Part shown: one piece after another, positions 39,328 to 41,689 of the stretch
Position numbering within the stretch: the first letter of the stretch is position 1
Layout of the letters: every line of letters begins with the position of its first letter
Assembly (NCBI GenBank): GCA_035288785.1
Contig: DATDZF010000027.1
Coordinates: 1-41,689 of the forward strand
DNA from: Candidatus Norongarragalinales archaeon
GTDB taxonomy: Archaea; Micrarchaeota; Micrarchaeia; Norongarragalinales; SBBD01
Reading direction: 5' to 3'
Length of the DNA: 41,689 bases
Notes under the pieces: generated by a model
What the model saw: the letters and a program-made list of their open reading frames with translations, nothing else
Databases searched by the model: none
What the model was told of the DNA's origin: nothing
Program-made: the position numbers and the translations under genes

Positions 39328-39969
39328 ATGCATTTCTCCCTTTTTTCAGGAAAGCCATCAGGGCATAGCCGCCTCCTGATGCTTGCCCGGAAATATTGCC
39401 CAGACCTGAGGGGCAAGCGGGTGCTGGCTGGAGGGGATGACACCGGCAAGCTGACCGATTACCTGATTGCGGAATTTGGCGCAAACGCCCACGGTATTGA
39501 TAAGAGGAATAGCCGTTTCAACAGCAAGCTATCGGCCGTGAGGCAAAATCGCGTCCTACAAGGGGACCTGCTAAATCTGGAGCAGCATTTTGGGAACGAG
39601 GGATTTGATGTCATCTTTACCCACGACGTTGTAAGCACTGCAGGCCAAATCGTGGGCAGGTGGCCACGGCTTTGGCGCCATAGCGCCTCATGGAGGCAGA
39701 ATTGGAGCGCAAAAAGGGTCGCATTGTTCGACAGGATGGACCGCAGGGTCAGGAATACAATTGCTCCACGGCTTCATGCGGCATTGCTAAAGCAATTGCG
39801 CCCGGGAGGCATAATCATCCATACGGTCAGGCAGAGGGAAGAGCTCGGAATGACCCAAAGGAGATTCGAAAGGCTAGGCTACCGGGTGCTTCACCTTACG
39901 GCAAACGAAGCCGTGCTATCACGGGCGAACGATCCCCCTCCCCGGATTGAAGCGTTGTCCGAACGCTAA
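39328..39969 (+). CDS. class I SAM-methyltransferase-like protein with degenerate motif I
   Basis: RVLAGGDDTGKL (degenerate VLDxGxGxG), GIDK, QGDLLNL, FDVIFTHDVV and LKQLRPGGIIIHTV occur in the canonical order. GTGAGG SD present. Stop overlaps the next start (TAATG). Confidence 0.45.
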   Translation: MHFSLFSGKPSGHSRLLMLARKYCPDLRGKRVLAGGDDTGKLTDYLIAEFGANAHGIDKRNSRFNSKLSAVRQNRVLQGDLLNLEQHFGNEGFDVIFTHDVVSTAGQIVGRWPRLWRHSASWRQNWSAKRVALFDRMDRRVRNTIAPRLHAALLKQLRPGGIIIHTVRQREELGMTQRRFERLGYRVLHLTANEAVLSRANDPPPRIEALSER

Positions 39970-40907
39970 TGGAAGGGAATATATTTTTATCCAAGCAGCA
40001 TATTCCCGGAGGCGTTCATGGTTGGAAGCAAATGCGGGAAAATCTTTTTGATTTGGAGCTAAGGAGCCTTCGCATCAAGCTGGGGTTCGATTCGCTGCTT
40101 TTTGGGATCCTTGCAATTTCCAGCGTTGCCTCCATCATTTTCCTTGGCTCATTTGAATCGGATCCATTCCTCAGGGGGGCAGCATCACTTGCCATACTCG
40201 CGCTCCCCGCATCCTTATTTTATTTTTTGCTCGATTACCTTCGCGACAGCAGGCAAAGGCATCTGGAAGAAGAGCTTCCGGAATGCCTCTTCCAGATCGC
40301 CTCCTTCCCCGAAGGCACGCCCCTTGAGGAGATCATTGAAAGAATTGCGCAAAGGCCCTCTTTGCTTGGAAATGAATTCAAAAGGGCCCGCAACATGATT
40401 AATGCGGGCCTTCCCACGCAGGAAGCAATTGCAGCGGTTACGGAGGGCAATTCCTCAAGGCTGCTATCGCGCGCAATTTCCCTGCTCCTTGAAACCTACA
40501 AGGAAGGCGGCAAAACAATGCAGGCGCTTGGAAGGATTGCGCAGGACATCTACGAAATGCAAGCACTTCAAAGGGAATCCGCATCGGGGCTAGCCATGCA
40601 AAAATACTCCTTGCTTGCCGCTACCGGAATTTTGGTGCCAGGGATACTTGCAATCCTTTTAAGCATGGCATCATCGCTGGATTTTCCAAGCGGCGGGGAA
40701 ACCATCTGGGGAAATGCAAGCAACGCGGGCCTCATTTCCGCGGCAATCCTGTCCATCCAGGTATACCTGTTTTCCCTGTCGGCAATCGCGGGCATATTCC
40801 TTGCGATGCAGGAAGGGAAGCTTAAAAAGGCGCCAGTCTATTTTTGTATGCTGTTCCCCTGCAGCATTGCATTGTTCAATTTGCTTAGGGGGATTCGGGT
40901 TTTCTGA
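39969..40907 (+). CDS. T2SSF-domain membrane protein (FlaJ/TadC-like pilus/secretion platform, single domain)
   Basis: ELPECLFQIASFPEGTPLEEIIERIAQ...EFKRARNMINAGLPTQEAIAAVTEGNSSRLLSRAISLLLETYKEGG is flanked by TM helices, the GspF/T2SSF pattern. Confidence 0.65.
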   Translation: MEGNIFLSKQHIPGGVHGWKQMRENLFDLELRSLRIKLGFDSLLFGILAISSVASIIFLGSFESDPFLRGAASLAILALPASLFYFLLDYLRDSRQRHLEEELPECLFQIASFPEGTPLEEIIERIAQRPSLLGNEFKRARNMINAGLPTQEAIAAVTEGNSSRLLSRAISLLLETYKEGGKTMQALGRIAQDIYEMQALQRESASGLAMQKYSLLAATGILVPGILAILLSMASSLDFPSGGETIWGNASNAGLISAAILSIQVYLFSLSAIAGIFLAMQEGKLKKAPVYFCMLFPCSIALFNLLRGIRVF

Positions 40908-40919
40908 AGGGTGAGATGC

Positions 40920-41645
40920 ATGATCGTAGACATCCGTGAAATTGAAAAAGTTAGGCTCAAGAATGCCATCATGATCGAGGGCTTCCCGGGCATTGGCATG
41001 ATTGGCACGATTTCCGCCTCATACCTTGCAGACAAGCTGGGAATGCGCATCGTCGGCTACATCTCAAGCTCCCACTTCCCTCCAATAGCCGCAATCCACG
41101 ACTTCGTCCCAGTTTCCCCGGCGCGCATTTATGCCTCGGAAAAGCACAACCTCGTCATCCTTTTTTCCGAGTTCGTCATTCCTTCTGAAGTCGCGTACGC
41201 CCTTTCACAGAGGATATTGAAATATGCCAAGGAAAAGGGCGTCAAGGAAATCTATTCCCTCGCGGGGATCGCTTCCGATAAGCCAACTGACAAGATTTAC
41301 GGCATCGGCTCATCCAAGGAGATGGTAGATAGGCTCAAGAAGGCCGGAGTCGAGGTCATCAAGGAGGGCGCAACGCAGGGTGTTTCCGGGCTACTGATTG
41401 CGGAGTGCGCAAGCGAAAAATTCCCGGCGGCAAACCTTTTGGTGCAGACATCGCAGCCCATGGAGCCAAAGGGCTCGGCAAAGCTTCTAGCAAAGCTTTC
41501 CGAATTGATCAAGGTTCCGGTGGATGTAAAGCCGCTTATTGCAGAGGGCGACGTGATCGAGGAGAAGATCCGCTCCAGCATGGACAAGATCAAGGACCTC
41601 CACCAGAAGTACAATGAGATGGGATCGAACCCGGCATACGCCTGA
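40920..41645 (+). CDS. PAC2-family proteasome assembly chaperone-like protein (COG1938)
   Basis: AIMIEGFPGIGMIGTISASYLADKLGM..VGYI.S..FPP is the characteristic PAC2 N-terminal motif. About 240 aa. ATG at 40920 (GTG at 40911 is also possible). Confidence 0.8.
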   Translation: MIVDIREIEKVRLKNAIMIEGFPGIGMIGTISASYLADKLGMRIVGYISSSHFPPIAAIHDFVPVSPARIYASEKHNLVILFSEFVIPSEVAYALSQRILKYAKEKGVKEIYSLAGIASDKPTDKIYGIGSSKEMVDRLKKAGVEVIKEGATQGVSGLLIAECASEKFPAANLLVQTSQPMEPKGSAKLLAKLSELIKVPVDVKPLIAEGDVIEEKIRSSMDKIKDLHQKYNEMGSNPAYA

Positions 41646-41651
41646 GCGTCC

Positions 41652-41675
41652 CTAGGGAAACCAAGGTTTCCCTGG
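41652..41675 (+). other. inverted repeat/hairpin just after the PAC2 stop codon
   Basis: AGGGAAACC-AA-GGTTTCCCT (9-nt perfect arms, 41654-41673) with 1-2 further flanking pairs. Confidence 0.45.
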
Positions 41676-41689
41676 CTTTCGTAGCCTTC

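Noticed and set aside
39690-39950. Alternative-frame ORF inside the MTase-like gene suggesting a frameshift or pseudogene (the W/R-rich stretch WPRLWRHSASWRQNW looked suspicious)
   Set aside because: The main frame regains canonical MTase motifs downstream (LKQLRPGGIIIHTV), and the alternative frame encodes G/R/P-rich junk. I therefore keep it as a single intact ORF at low confidence.
41618-41640. GGGATCGAACCCGG, which on the minus strand reads CCGGGTTCGATCCC and resembles a tRNA T-arm
   Set aside because: The flanks do not complete a 5-bp T-stem, acceptor stem or anticodon arm, and the site lies inside the well-supported PAC2 coding frame (..EMGSNPAYA*).
1-41689. CRISPR arrays, rRNA/tRNA genes, IS elements or integrases
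   Set aside because: I found no regularly spaced direct repeats, no cloverleaf-compatible sequences in any intergenic region (all were inspected by eye), and no DDE, tyrosine- or serine-recombinase motifs in any ORF. Visual scanning cannot exclude small or degenerate elements.

Overview
The window looks archaeal. Intergenic islands are AT-rich with TTTATATA/TTTAAATA-type TATA boxes, and GGTGA/GAGGTG Shine-Dalgarno sites sit 5-9 nt before most starts. Archaea-typical genes are present: a Pcc1-like KEOPS subunit, a PAC2 chaperone, a beta-CASP aCPSF-like RNase, a COG1855 PIN-ATPase-KH protein, an HTH_10 regulator, a Methanococcales-type S-layer protein and a T2SSF/FlaJ-TadC-like protein. The mix of housekeeping genes with giant surface proteins suggests a small-genome uncultivated (DPANN-like) archaeon, but that is inference only. 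I call 33 CDS. I see no rRNA, tRNA, CRISPR array, transposase or integrase. Main content, in order: (1) three paralogous swivelling-phosphohistidine (PEP-utiliser mobile domain) proteins that lack any recognisable ATP-grasp or PEP/pyruvate domain, interleaved with an HTH_10 regulator and a ProC-like reductase, followed by a PfkB kinase and a tryptophanase; (2) a beta-CASP RNase operon and the PIN-ATPase-KH gene; (3) an 8.6-kb two-gene operon for giant type-I-anchored surface proteins (1821 and 1032 aa) with cysteine-decorated PKD-like modules, Tyr-rich low-complexity tracts and many CARDB/NEW3-like sandwiches; (4) dcd, a RelE/ParE toxin-antitoxin pair and a RecJ-like DHH nuclease; (5) stomatin, a 4xCBS protein with a C-terminal HPF/RaiA-like domain, a coiled-coil protein and an RDD/membrane-protein operon; (6) a GalT-like gene, a CARDB lipoprotein and the S-layer gene with an unusually long ORF-free upstream region; (7) a Pcc1-like gene, a membrane-anchored double zinc-ribbon protein, asnS, a methyltransferase-like gene, T2SSF and PAC2. 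The most interesting candidates are the CBS-HPF-like fusion, the truncated swivel-His paralog cluster and the giant Cys/Tyr-rich adhesin operon. All functional calls rest on motif recognition by eye; no database search was run.
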